Source: an uncultured archaeon (GTDB lineage Archaea > Iainarchaeota > Iainarchaeia > Iainarchaeales > DTGL01). From it: a stretch of 32,860 nt of DNA. Position numbers and translations under genes: made by a program. A model generated the notes under the pieces. The model did no database searches. It saw only the letters and a list, made by a program, of their open reading frames with translations, and was not told the origin of the DNA. Position 1 is the stretch's first letter. Each line of letters starts with the position of its first letter. The DNA lies in NCBI GenBank assembly GCA_964551725.1, contig CAZKED010000014.1, positions 1 to 32,860 on the forward strand. Direction: 5' to 3'. This document shows, piece after piece, positions 8,665 through 17,694 of the stretch.

Positions 8665-8832
8665 ATGGTGAAATTAATAAAAGGAAAGCGCTCCACCGGA
8701 CCGAGTTCCGCAATCGGCTTAATGCGCTTTTTTGATGCGGAAACCCGCGCTCCGAAGCTCTCGCCGCATTTCATTGTAGGGGCAATATTCGTGGTAATAG
8801 CGGTAGTGCTCGCAATAAGGACTATTTTCTGA
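8665..8832 (+). CDS. secG: Preprotein translocase subunit Sec61beta/SecG (55 aa, not in ORF track)
   Basis: Manual translation MVKLIKGKRSTGPSSAIGLMRFFDAETRAPKLSPHFIVGAIFVVIAVVLAIRTIF: GLMRFFD..KLSP motif plus one C-terminal TM helix. Overlaps the ileS 3' end by 11 nt. Confidence 0.9.
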   Translation: MVKLIKGKRSTGPSSAIGLMRFFDAETRAPKLSPHFIVGAIFVVIAVVLAIRTIF

Positions 8833-11695
8833 GTTCAAGGAAGAAAGCCCTTTCAAGCAGTTTTTCCTTCTTTCCTTCCTTTTGCTGCAGTGCAGTGTTC
8901 GTTTCCGCTTCCAGCTTTTTTGAGAATTTTTCGAGGAATCCCGCATCCGAGCACGAAATGTTAAGCTTCACTTTTTCTCCCGGCGTAAGGCCAGCTTCCT
9001 TGCGCATTGACTGCACCTTGCGCACGAGTTCTCGGAACTCCGCTTCCTCTTTGAGTTCGGGAGAACGCGCGGTTTCGAGGAAGACTTCCGCTTCGGCCAA
9101 CTTTTTGGAGGCGAATTTTCCCTCCGGCTTTTTCTTCGATTCCTTAACTTCCCTGACATTGCAGAGCGTTGCCAGAACTCCCCCGAGTTCCGGCAGGATT
9201 TTTCCGCTTTTTGAAACGATTACAACGGATTCCAAGGGCCAGCGCCTTCTCAGAGAATGTTCCTCGCGCAGGGATAGGACTGCCTGCACCGCTTCGACAA
9301 CTGCATTCATTTCCTTTTCAAGTTTTTTGTCCGCCAGTTTTTCGCTGGGTTCTGGCAGCGAAAGCATGTGAACGCTTTCCTCCTTCAACGCGCCCTTGAA
9401 TTCCCTGTAAACGAATTCTGCCATGTGTGGCACTATCGGCGCGGCAATCTTGAGCAAATCCAGGAGCACGTGATTCATTACAGCGCCCAGAGTGTCTTTC
9501 TCAGAGCCGATGCGGTCCCTCACTATTTTAATGTACGTCCTGCTCAGGTCCTCGAGCACGAATTCTTCCAGCGCGGCAATTACTTCATAGAACTTGTAAG
9601 AATTATACGCTGAAAGCGCCTTTTTTGAAAGCGAGTTCGCCCTGCTGAGTATCCAGCGGTCCTCGGGCTTGAGTTTTTTTCCCCGAATTCCTGCTCTGCC
9701 GAAGTCCAGGTCAAGGTAGAGGGAAGCGTAATTGAACGAGTTCCAGAAAATGTTGAAAAACCTCTTGATGCCCTTGAAGAGCTGCCAGTCAAAGTACATG
9801 TCGTCTCCTTTAGAGTTCTGCACTATGTAATACCTCAAATAGTCCCTGCTGTATTTTTGTATGACCTCCTGCGGCGTTACAATGTTTCCCCTGCTCTTGC
9901 TCATTTTTTCCTTTTTGTTCACGTCCAGGACCATGCCGTGAGTTACAATATTCTTGTACGGCGCTTTGCCAAAGCATATAACGCTTGTGATTATTTCCGA
10001 ATTCCACCATCCGCGGAACTGGTCAGTTCCCTCCAAATTCAGGTCTGCGGGCCAGAATTTTTCAAACAGTTCCTTTTCCCCGGGATAGCCCAGGGCAGCC
10101 CAGCTCGAAACGCCTGAATCGAACCATACGTCGAGGACTTCGGGAACGCGGGACATTTTTCCACCGCACCCGCATTGGTATTCTACCTTGTCAATGTAGG
10201 GCTTGTGTAGGTCCAGGTTTTTTTGGACGCCCGCTTTTTTTTCCAGCTCTTCCAGGGAACCGAAAACTTCCTTTTTATCGCATTTACTGCACTGCCATAT
10301 TGGCAAGGGCGTTCCCCAATACCTGTTCCTCGAAACAGGCCAGTCGCTCAGCGATTCAAGCCAGTTGTGCATTCTCGCCTGCATCCATTCTGGCACCCAG
10401 TTCACTTTTTTGTTCTCGGAAATGAGCTTTTTCTGTATGCTGCTCACCCTGAAAAACCACTGCGGCGTGGAAATCATGAGCAAAGGAGACTTGCAGCGCC
10501 AGCAGACGGGGTAATCGTGCGTGTAAGGGTGCCTGTACACGAGGTGTCCTGACTTCTCCAAATCGGAAACGATTTCCGCGTCAACCATTCTTGCTGTTTT
10601 CCCGGCGTACTTTCCCGCTTCCTTTGTCATTTTTCCGTCCAGTGAAACCGGGCTCAGCGCGGGCAATCCTTCCTTCAATCCCACTTCGAAGTCTTCCCTT
10701 CCGTGCCCCGGCGCCGTGTGCACCAAGCCGGTGCCTTCCTCGAGGTTCACATAGCGCTCGCTTAACACTACACGATAAGCGCCCTTCAGGTCCGAAGGAG
10801 GGAATGCAAGGTTTTTTCCCAGCGGGTTTTCGTACTCCATTCCCCCGAGTTCCTTTCCCTTTACCTTTTTCTCAATCGTGTATCCCGCTTCGAGCACGTC
10901 CATTAATTCCTGCACTTTTTCCTCTGCCACAATCCAGGTTTCGCCGCTGCTCATTTTAACGAACGCGTAGGAAAAGCGGGGGTGCACCATTATTCCGGTG
11001 TTGGCAGGCAACGTCCAGGGCGTGGTTGTCCATATCACAAAATGCGTGCCCTTCATGCCTTTTGCCGGGAATTTCACGTACACCGATTCGTCTGTCTGCT
11101 TTATGTATTCAATTTCATTGTATGCCACGGCGGTGGCGCAGTGCGGGCACACGTGCACGGAGTACTTTCCAAGGTACAGCAAACCTTTTTCCTCGGCTTT
11201 CTTGAAAGTCCACCAGATTGCCTCGATGTAATCGTTGCGCAGCGTGAGGTAAGGATTCTCCCAGTCCATCCAGACTCCCAAGTCCTCGAATTCTGAACTC
11301 ATTGTGTCAATGAACCGGGTGGCGTATTCGCGGCATTCTTCCACGAATTTCTCCACACCGTACTTTTCAATGTCCTGCTTTTCCCTGAATCCCAGCTTTT
11401 TTTCAACGCTGTTTTCAATGGGCAGTCCATGCGTATCGTAGCCGGGTCTGTCGAATACGTCAAAGCCCTGCATTCTCCTGCTCCTCAAAGCAACGTCCTT
11501 CAGTATTTTGTTGAGCGCGGTGCCCATGTGAATGTGCCCAGTGGCATAAGGCGGGCCGTCCATGAAATAGTAGCGCTTGCCGCTTCCCGCGTTTTTCGCG
11601 CGCGCCTTTGCGGCGATGCCTTTCTTTTTCCAGAATTCCTTTACTTTGTTTTCTTCCGAAACGGAGTACTGTTTGAGCGCGCTGCCCATTCTCAT
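8822..11695 (-). CDS. ileS: Isoleucyl-tRNA synthetase
   Basis: DGPPYATGHIHMGT (HIGH), WTTTPWTLP, GTGLVHTAPGHG editing domain, DVWFDSG, KMSKS. Start is ATG 11695 or 11689. Confidence 0.98.
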   Translation of the reverse strand: MRMGSALKQYSVSEENKVKEFWKKKGIAAKARAKNAGSGKRYYFMDGPPYATGHIHMGTALNKILKDVALRSRRMQGFDVFDRPGYDTHGLPIENSVEKKLGFREKQDIEKYGVEKFVEECREYATRFIDTMSSEFEDLGVWMDWENPYLTLRNDYIEAIWWTFKKAEEKGLLYLGKYSVHVCPHCATAVAYNEIEYIKQTDESVYVKFPAKGMKGTHFVIWTTTPWTLPANTGIMVHPRFSYAFVKMSSGETWIVAEEKVQELMDVLEAGYTIEKKVKGKELGGMEYENPLGKNLAFPPSDLKGAYRVVLSERYVNLEEGTGLVHTAPGHGREDFEVGLKEGLPALSPVSLDGKMTKEAGKYAGKTARMVDAEIVSDLEKSGHLVYRHPYTHDYPVCWRCKSPLLMISTPQWFFRVSSIQKKLISENKKVNWVPEWMQARMHNWLESLSDWPVSRNRYWGTPLPIWQCSKCDKKEVFGSLEELEKKAGVQKNLDLHKPYIDKVEYQCGCGGKMSRVPEVLDVWFDSGVSSWAALGYPGEKELFEKFWPADLNLEGTDQFRGWWNSEIITSVICFGKAPYKNIVTHGMVLDVNKKEKMSKSRGNIVTPQEVIQKYSRDYLRYYIVQNSKGDDMYFDWQLFKGIKRFFNIFWNSFNYASLYLDLDFGRAGIRGKKLKPEDRWILSRANSLSKKALSAYNSYKFYEVIAALEEFVLEDLSRTYIKIVRDRIGSEKDTLGAVMNHVLLDLLKIAAPIVPHMAEFVYREFKGALKEESVHMLSLPEPSEKLADKKLEKEMNAVVEAVQAVLSLREEHSLRRRWPLESVVIVSKSGKILPELGGVLATLCNVREVKESKKKPEGKFASKKLAEAEVFLETARSPELKEEAEFRELVRKVQSMRKEAGLTPGEKVKLNISCSDAGFLEKFSKKLEAETNTALQQKEGKKEKLLERAFFLELRK

Positions 11696-11804
11696 CACTG
11701 CAAAAAAAAACAAGCCAGGAACGCTTTTCCGCGAAAAGCAGCCGGCATTTCTAAAAGTGTGCCCGCAAAACGTTTTAAATTTTGTGCAGCCCTTTCACTG
11801 CCTT

Positions 11805-12074
11805 TCAGGGCTTGTAGAAGTGCAGTGCAGCCGGCTTTTCAGGCTCCGGCTGCTTTTTGGATTTCCTCATGGAGAATGCTGCAGCAATCACTCCCGCAAA
11901 GCTCAGAATTATCGCGAATGCGGCATACTGCGTAAAACAGCCGAGGTCAAAGCCCCCAACGCCCTTTTCGCTGGGATTCTGGCACGAATTGAGTGAAAAA
12001 TAGCCCATTGCAAGCCCCGCCGCGAGGAGGAGCACGGCAAGAAACTTCAACGCCTTCCAGAAATCCACTTTCAT
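11805..12074 (-). CDS. Small two-TM membrane protein
   Basis: Two hydrophobic helices around a loop with two Cys; ATG 12074 lies downstream of a TTTAAATA box. Confidence 0.6.
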   Translation of the reverse strand: MKVDFWKALKFLAVLLLAAGLAMGYFSLNSCQNPSEKGVGGFDLGCFTQYAAFAIILSFAGVIAAAFSMRKSKKQPEPEKPAALHFYKP

Positions 12075-12165
12075 GGCAGCAAAAAGAAAGGCAAAAAAAT
12101 ATTTAAAGGAAAGCATGCCTAAATAATACATCCGACTAAAAAAAGCAAAAGAACGGGGTGATTTA

Positions 12166-12447
12166 ATGGCAAGGAAAAGCAAGAAAGATGTGAAGAGAGG
12201 CGGTCACCTTGTAAGCGACCCCAGAGTGTACGGGCTAATGCAATCAGGAGTGCGGGGAGTGCGCCAAAGAATCGCCAATCCAAACGGCGGGCAGCTGGCA
12301 GCCCCTATTATCAAGAGCATTAGAGACGGGCACCTGAAAAAGCACGAAGTGCTCTCCACCCTTAACGCGCTGTGCGATGAAATGCACATTGACACCGGCA
12401 CAAGAACACAAATGTACAGGGCAATAAACAGGAAATGTCCCGACTGA
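12166..12447 (+). CDS. Small basic hypothetical protein
   Basis: GGGGTGA SD 4 nt before the ATG; fills the intergenic gap; no family recognised. Confidence 0.7.
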   Translation: MARKSKKDVKRGGHLVSDPRVYGLMQSGVRGVRQRIANPNGGQLAAPIIKSIRDGHLKKHEVLSTLNALCDEMHIDTGTRTQMYRAINRKCPD

Positions 12448-12555
12448 AGCAGGCGAAAAAGCAGCGATTTTTTCTTTCCCTGAACCTATTTTTCTTTCCG
12501 CAGCCTGCGCTTTCTTTTTCCTGAAACTATTTTTCTTTCTTTTGGGCAACTTACA

Positions 12556-12584
12556 CTTTTCTTTCTTTCCTAAAGAAAGAAAAG
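12556..12584 (-). terminator. Perfect 13-bp hairpin immediately 3' of tRNA-Ile (terminator or processing element)
   Basis: CTTTTCTTTCTTT-AGG-AAAGAAAGAAAAG on the - strand; related element at 25471-25495. Confidence 0.55.
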
Positions 12585-12590
12585 GGCAGT

Positions 12591-12664
12591 TGGGCACGGG
12601 AGGATTCGAACCCCCGACCGATGGTGTATAAGACCATTGCTCTGCCAGGCTGAGCTACGTGCCC
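12591..12664 (-). tRNA. tRNA-Ile(UAU)
   Basis: Acceptor stem GGGCACG/CGTGCCC, discriminator A; anticodon arm ATGGT-CT TAT AC-ACCAT; T loop GTTCGAATC; no intron; CCA not encoded. Confidence 0.92.
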
Positions 12665-12772
12665 TTTTGCCGCTGCAGCGCGCTTTCGCGCTGCTGTAAT
12701 GATAATTAATTGAAAGAAAAAAATAAAAAAAGCGGCAATTGGCGCAATGTGCTCCACTGCTCTCCGCTGCCT

Positions 12773-13120
12773 TTACTGCTGCTCTTCGGCGCTGAGGTTG
12801 TTTGATTCATTGACTTCTCCGACTTCTTTGCTTCCCTCTTTGAGTTCGCCGTATCTGCCAATGTTTAACCGCAGGGAATTCTTGAACAGTGAAGTGTAGC
12901 CGTTTTCCACGTCGTACGTTTTTCCGTCCTCGACTTTTTCAATGTCGTCGTCCCACAGAGTGAGAAGCACCGTGCCTGTTTCGTCTCCGACAACTGCTTC
13001 CGTCACCTTGTGAGTTGAATCGTCAAGCTTTGACGTTACCTCTCTCACTTCGTTCTTGCTCAGTGCTTTCACTGTTATGTTGACCTTTTTCTGGTAAGGC
13101 CTCAACTGTTCGACATTCAT
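12773..13120 (-). CDS. ssb: Single OB-fold ssDNA-binding protein (SSB/RPA-like)
   Basis: VNITVK...VGDETG.V.LTLWD...VENGY...LRLNIGRYG; AGGAG SD. Confidence 0.9.
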   Translation of the reverse strand: MNVEQLRPYQKKVNITVKALSKNEVREVTSKLDDSTHKVTEAVVGDETGTVLLTLWDDDIEKVEDGKTYDVENGYTSLFKNSLRLNIGRYGELKEGSKEVGEVNESNNLSAEEQQ

Positions 13121-13300
13121 TCAAATTTCCTCCTTTGAAAGTTTTCATTGTGTGGCAATACACAACAGTAAAACCCTTACGGGAATATTTATTTAAAAGT
13201 GTCGGAAACAGGAAAAAGCGGGGGGTAAAAAAGTTTGGGAAAGAAACGGCAGAAAAAAAGAGAAAGGGGTAAAAAAATTTCGGATTCAAATTAGTGCGGT

Positions 13301-13885
13301 ATGAAAATTCTCACAATTTGCGGAAGCCCGAGAAAGGGGAACTCCGAGGCAGTCTCTTTGAGGATTAAAGAACTGCTCGAAAAAAGGGGGGTGGAGAACG
13401 AAATAATACTCCTCAGGGAAAAAAACATAGAAAGGTGCAGCGGCTGCGTTGAATACTGCGGCAGGGAATTGCGCTGCTGGAAAAAGGACGACTTTGCGGA
13501 AATAAGGAAAAAAATGGAGCAGGCGCAGGGATACGTTTTTGTAAGCCCCGCTTATTTCAATATGCCTCCGGGGATATTCAAGGATTTAATTGACAGGTGC
13601 TGCGTGCTGTACGCTGCAAAGACTGACTTTTCCGGAAAGAGTGCGATGGTAATAGCCTTGGGCGAAGAAAAAATTGAGGAAATAAACGCCTGCCTGAAAA
13701 ACATTTCAGAGAATTTCTGCGGCGTTCTGGGCATTCCCGTTGCAGCGGAAAAAAGCTTCCGCTCCAAAAGCGAGCTGAAGGGAAACTTCAACGACATTTT
13801 CGAGAACAACTTGAACGCGGGAATAGAAAAAGAACTGGAGGAGATGGCGGAAAGGCTATACTCCTGCCTCCAAAAACAAAAATAG
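13301..13885 (+). CDS. Iron-sulfur flavoprotein / NADPH-dependent FMN reductase family
   Basis: GSPRKGNS, CSGCVEYC-x5-C..KDD, FVSPAYF, KDLIDR. Confidence 0.88.
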   Translation: MKILTICGSPRKGNSEAVSLRIKELLEKRGVENEIILLREKNIERCSGCVEYCGRELRCWKKDDFAEIRKKMEQAQGYVFVSPAYFNMPPGIFKDLIDRCCVLYAAKTDFSGKSAMVIALGEEKIEEINACLKNISENFCGVLGIPVAAEKSFRSKSELKGNFNDIFENNLNAGIEKELEEMAERLYSCLQKQK

Positions 13886-13921
13886 GAAAATAAAAGAAAG
13901 GGAAAGGGAAACTGGTTCCCT

Positions 13922-14608
13922 TTATTTCTTTTTCTTCTTTTTGGGCATTGACGACTTTTCAAAGTCCCTGACAATGTGCTTGGCTTCGTCTCTCATGGCA
14001 AAGCCGAACGAAATGCCAATCACTATTGCCGCGGTAAGGCAGATTGCTGTAAAGGCTATAATGAAGATTTGGACGAGAATTGTAACATCAATAAGCCCTG
14101 TTGTCTGGAAGCCGATTATTGCCGCCAGGTAAATTATCACCACTTCCGCGGCAATTCCCGCTGTCTTCCTGAACCTGTGTGTTGTAATCTCTATGACGTT
14201 CCTTATATAGCGCGCGAACAGCAGTCCTGCGATCACTATGAGCAACAGGAACAGTACCTGGAAAACAAGCACGGCAATGTTTATCAGTATGCCTCCAATA
14301 ATCTCCATCTTGAGGGACCTTGCGGCTTCAGCAAGCACGACTGCGACAATGGACCACTTTGCAATGCTTCCGAGTATTACTGCGAGCGTGTGACCGCCGA
14401 TGGCGTGGCTGAGGTTCTGCTCCTCGATCCATTCGTCCACACGAGTGTTTTCCACTATTTTTACAACTACCCATTTCACGATGTGACCGATAACCCATCC
14501 GATAATGATGAATATTACCGCCAGTATTACTTCAGGAATCACTTGACTGACCCTTGTAAAAGTCGCTCCCGCAATGTTCTGAACGCCTAACACTATCTTA
14601 TCAAGCAT
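13922..14608 (-). CDS. Conserved TM-helix repeat membrane protein (MscS-associated TM_helix family)
   Basis: IP.VI.A.I..IIGW.IG repeat unit, C-terminal GISFGFA.RD; GAGGTGA SD. Confidence 0.8.
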   Translation of the reverse strand: MLDKIVLGVQNIAGATFTRVSQVIPEVILAVIFIIIGWVIGHIVKWVVVKIVENTRVDEWIEEQNLSHAIGGHTLAVILGSIAKWSIVAVVLAEAARSLKMEIIGGILINIAVLVFQVLFLLLIVIAGLLFARYIRNVIEITTHRFRKTAGIAAEVVIIYLAAIIGFQTTGLIDVTILVQIFIIAFTAICLTAAIVIGISFGFAMRDEAKHIVRDFEKSSMPKKKKKK

Positions 14609-14639
14609 TGAATCACCTCACACTAAAGACAACTTTGAA

Positions 14640-15167
14640 CTATTTAAACCTTTTCATCAGGGCATTCACCCTCATTTCAAGTTCCCCGAGAGAGGAATCA
14701 TTGCTTACAACAAAATCAGCCGCTTTCAAAACCTCGTTCAAACCCTTTTTTTCAATGTCGTCCCTGTCGCGCCGGAAAAAATCCGCTCTTTCCGCCGGGT
14801 CAAGTCCGGAGCGCCGGGCAAACCTTTTCTCCTCGCAGGCTTCAACGCGCACGATAAAAAAACGGGAAGCCATTTCCTCCAAGGGCTTCAATTCCTCCAA
14901 GGAGCGGGCGCCTGTAACAACCACTTTTTCCTTTCCGCGAACGAGCTGTGCCATTTTTTCGCCGAATACCCCCATTCCGAATTTTGCTCTCATCTGGTTT
15001 CCGAAAGCATACGCCCTTTCCTTTGTCTGCTTTATTCCCTGTTCTTCCATCAAAGGCACCATTACGTTGCGGAAAAAGTCCGCGCGGAAAAAACCCTCTT
15101 TTTCAAGGAACCCCGCAACGGTGTCCTTCCCGCTGCGAGCCAAGCCGACGACCGCGACAATGAGCAT
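14640..15167 (-). CDS. P-loop nucleotide kinase (UPF0200/dephospho-CoA-kinase-like)
   Basis: Walker A GLARSGKDT, VVTGARS.EE, RF.R, ADFVVSND. Confidence 0.82.
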   Translation of the reverse strand: MLIVAVVGLARSGKDTVAGFLEKEGFFRADFFRNVMVPLMEEQGIKQTKERAYAFGNQMRAKFGMGVFGEKMAQLVRGKEKVVVTGARSLEELKPLEEMASRFFIVRVEACEEKRFARRSGLDPAERADFFRRDRDDIEKKGLNEVLKAADFVVSNDSSLGELEMRVNALMKRFK

Positions 15168-15194
15168 TCAGACCAGAACAATTGGCACGAAAGG

Positions 15195-15258
15195 AAATAA
15201 AAGAATAAGGAAAAAGAAAAAAGGGAAAAAAAGAAAAAAATTAAAAAAAGAAGAAAGA
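15195..15258 (-). terminator. Long T-rich tract downstream of the thermosome gene
   Basis: About 60 nt of pyrimidine/T runs on the - strand after the stop codon. Confidence 0.45.
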
Positions 15259-15269
15259 GGGAACGGACA

Positions 15270-16922
15270 TTACATTTCCATTCCGCCCATTCCGGGGGGC
15301 ATTCCGCCGCCTGGGGGCATTCCGCCTCCGCCCTTGCTTTTTCCTGAACCCGCAATTATGTCGTCGATGCGGAGAATCATTTCCGCCACTTCCGAGCCGG
15401 AAATTATTGCCTGGGTTTTTACGCTCAACGGCTCTATTACGCGCTGCGCTAACATGTCCGCGATTTTTGCCTTGTAGACGTCAATTCCGTAATACTTGCC
15501 TTTCCTGCCCTTGTGTTTTGCCCTCAGTTCTACAATGGTGTCAATGGGATCCATTCCCGCTGTTTCGGCGAGTGCCCTGGGAATTGTTTCAAGCGTGTCA
15601 GCGAATGCTTCAATTGCCAGCTGTTCCCTTCCGCCGATTGTTCCGGCGTAATTTTTTAACTGCACTGCTATCTCCATTTCGGAACTGCCGCCGCCGGAAA
15701 CAATTTTCTTGTCCTTTATTGCCGTGGTCACTGTTCCGAGAGCGTCCTCCATTGCTCTTTCCGCCTCGTCAATGACGTGCTCCGAGCCGCCGCGGATTAA
15801 AATGGTCACGCTTTTCGGGTTTTTGCAGCCCTCCACGAAAACCATTTCGTCTCCTGAAATTTTTTTCTCGGTAACGGATGCGGCGTAACCCAGGTCGCCT
15901 TTGTCAAGGTCCTTGATTCTTGTCACTATTTTTGCCCCTGTCGCTTTTGCAATCTTTTCCATGTCGGATTTTTTCACCCTGCGGACCGCCATTATCTCCG
16001 ATTTTGCAAGGAAGTGCTGTGCCACGTCGTCGATTCCCTTCTGGCAGCACACAAAGTTCGCCCCTGACTTTTTTATTTTGTCGACCATTTCGCGGAGCAT
16101 TGCCTCCTCCTTGTCGAGAAATGCCTGCAGTTGTTCCGGGTCGGAAATCGAGATTTCCGCATCCGTCTCGGTTTCCTTTATTTCAAGCGCTGAATCAATG
16201 AGCGCTATTTTGGCATTCTTCAGTTTTTTCGGCATTCCCGCGTGCACTACCTCCTTGTCTATAACTATGCCCTTGATGAGTTCGCTTTTGGCAAGCGATG
16301 CTCCTTCCTTTTTCTCCACTTTGATCATGTCTTTATCGATGGTTATTTCGTCCCCGTTTTTTTCCGCAACGGATTTTATTGCCCCTACTGCCAGTTCCGA
16401 GAGACTTCCTTCAGCTTCAGCGCTCTTTCCGGTCATCGAGGTCATTGCAATCTGCTTCAATGCCTTTTCGTCGGAAAAAGAAACGGGGTCGGCAATTCCC
16501 GCCGCAATCTGCTGTGCTTTAATTGATGCCATCCTGTACCCTTTTATTACGACGCTTGGGTGGATTCCGTCGGCGAGCAGTTTTTCCGCTTTTTCGAGCA
16601 ATCCGCCGGCTATAACCACTGCGGTGGTTGTTCCGTCGCCGACTTCGTCGTCCTGCGTTTTTGCCACTTCAACCATCATTTTTCCCGCGGGATGGTCGAT
16701 GTCCATTTCCTCAAGAATTGTTGCGCCGTCGTTTGAAATTGTTACATCGCCCAAGTCGTCGACAATCATTTTGTCCATTCCTTTCGGGCCAAGCGTTGTT
16801 TTAATTGCATCGGCGACCGCCTTTGCAATTAATATGTTTACGCTCTGCGCGTCCCTTCCGCGCGTTCTTTTAGCTCCCTCCGTCAGGAATATGACGGGTC
16901 TTTGCTGTGCTTGTTCAACCAT
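15270..16922 (-). CDS. thsA: Thermosome (group II chaperonin) subunit
   Basis: [27 protein letters not shown]-rich tail; GGAGGTG SD. Confidence 0.97.
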   Translation of the reverse strand: MVEQAQQRPVIFLTEGAKRTRGRDAQSVNILIAKAVADAIKTTLGPKGMDKMIVDDLGDVTISNDGATILEEMDIDHPAGKMMVEVAKTQDDEVGDGTTTAVVIAGGLLEKAEKLLADGIHPSVVIKGYRMASIKAQQIAAGIADPVSFSDEKALKQIAMTSMTGKSAEAEGSLSELAVGAIKSVAEKNGDEITIDKDMIKVEKKEGASLAKSELIKGIVIDKEVVHAGMPKKLKNAKIALIDSALEIKETETDAEISISDPEQLQAFLDKEEAMLREMVDKIKKSGANFVCCQKGIDDVAQHFLAKSEIMAVRRVKKSDMEKIAKATGAKIVTRIKDLDKGDLGYAASVTEKKISGDEMVFVEGCKNPKSVTILIRGGSEHVIDEAERAMEDALGTVTTAIKDKKIVSGGGSSEMEIAVQLKNYAGTIGGREQLAIEAFADTLETIPRALAETAGMDPIDTIVELRAKHKGRKGKYYGIDVYKAKIADMLAQRVIEPLSVKTQAIISGSEVAEMILRIDDIIAGSGKSKGGGGMPPGGGMPPGMGGMEM

Positions 16923-17070
16923 TCAAAATACACCTCCAAAAGTGCAATTTAAAACAAAAGCCATTTTTAGAAAACGGTTAAAAAATGTGTTTTATTATAA
17001 TATACACGCGTTCAATAAAATTTAAAAATGCTTTGTTTTAACGCAAAAAAGGCGCGGGCGGGGCGAAAAA

Positions 17071-17682
17071 ATGCGGAATTTCACGGAAGAGGAAAAACAC
17101 CGCTTGGTGTCCTTCCTCAAGAGAAAAAACCTCAGAATGGGCAGATTCCTTGCAAAAGGACATTCCTCGCGCATTTTTCTGGTCTTACGCGGCAAACGCC
17201 CCCTCATCGCAAAACTGGAGCGCTCCGACTCAAAGCGCGAACATATGATGGAAAAGGAAATAAGCAACCTGCGCAGGGCAAACGAAATCGGAATCGGCCC
17301 GCGTCTCATGGATTTCGATTCAATCAACCGCGTCATTCTCATGGAATACGTGCGGGGAAAAACCTTCCAGGTATGGTTGTTTGAAAAATCGCGAAAGCGC
17401 GCGGAACTCAGCGCTTTCATTTCCGAGCTTTTGGACCAAGCGCTTTTAATGGATGAAGCTGGCTTAGACCACGGCCAGCTCGCGGGAAAGGGAAAAAACA
17501 TTCTGGTCCGCAACGGCAAACCTGTGATAATCGATTTCGAGAAAGCGTCACAGAAAAGAAAATTCCACAACCACTCAACGCTTGTCTCATTCCTTTTCCG
17601 CAGCAGGAATTCGGCAATAGCCAGGCGCGTGAAGGAAGTGCTCGGCGAAGACCCTAAAGAATTTCCCCAAAAGAAAAACTGA
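17071..17682 (+). CDS. Atypical Ser/Thr kinase (RIO/Bud32-like, COG2112 type)
   Basis: LAKGHSSRIF, IAKLE, E..NL..AN..GIGP.L, MEYVRG, DHGQL...KNIL, IIDFEKAS. Confidence 0.82.
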   Translation: MRNFTEEEKHRLVSFLKRKNLRMGRFLAKGHSSRIFLVLRGKRPLIAKLERSDSKREHMMEKEISNLRRANEIGIGPRLMDFDSINRVILMEYVRGKTFQVWLFEKSRKRAELSAFISELLDQALLMDEAGLDHGQLAGKGKNILVRNGKPVIIDFEKASQKRKFHNHSTLVSFLFRSRNSAIARRVKEVLGEDPKEFPQKKN

Positions 17683-17694
17683 CACAAGTTCCAG

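Noticed and set aside
8719-8946. 75-aa minus-strand ORF after ileS
   Set aside because: Overlaps ileS out of frame and is antisense to the better-supported sec61beta.
12551-12757. 68-aa minus-strand ORF
   Set aside because: Runs through the tRNA-Ile gene; spurious.
14608-17025. Long plus-strand ORFs (14608-15477, 15901-17025)
   Set aside because: Antisense shadows of the kinase and thermosome genes; Ser/Phe-rich with no motifs.
17022-17687. 221-aa minus-strand ORF
   Set aside because: Antisense to the kinase, which has clear motifs.
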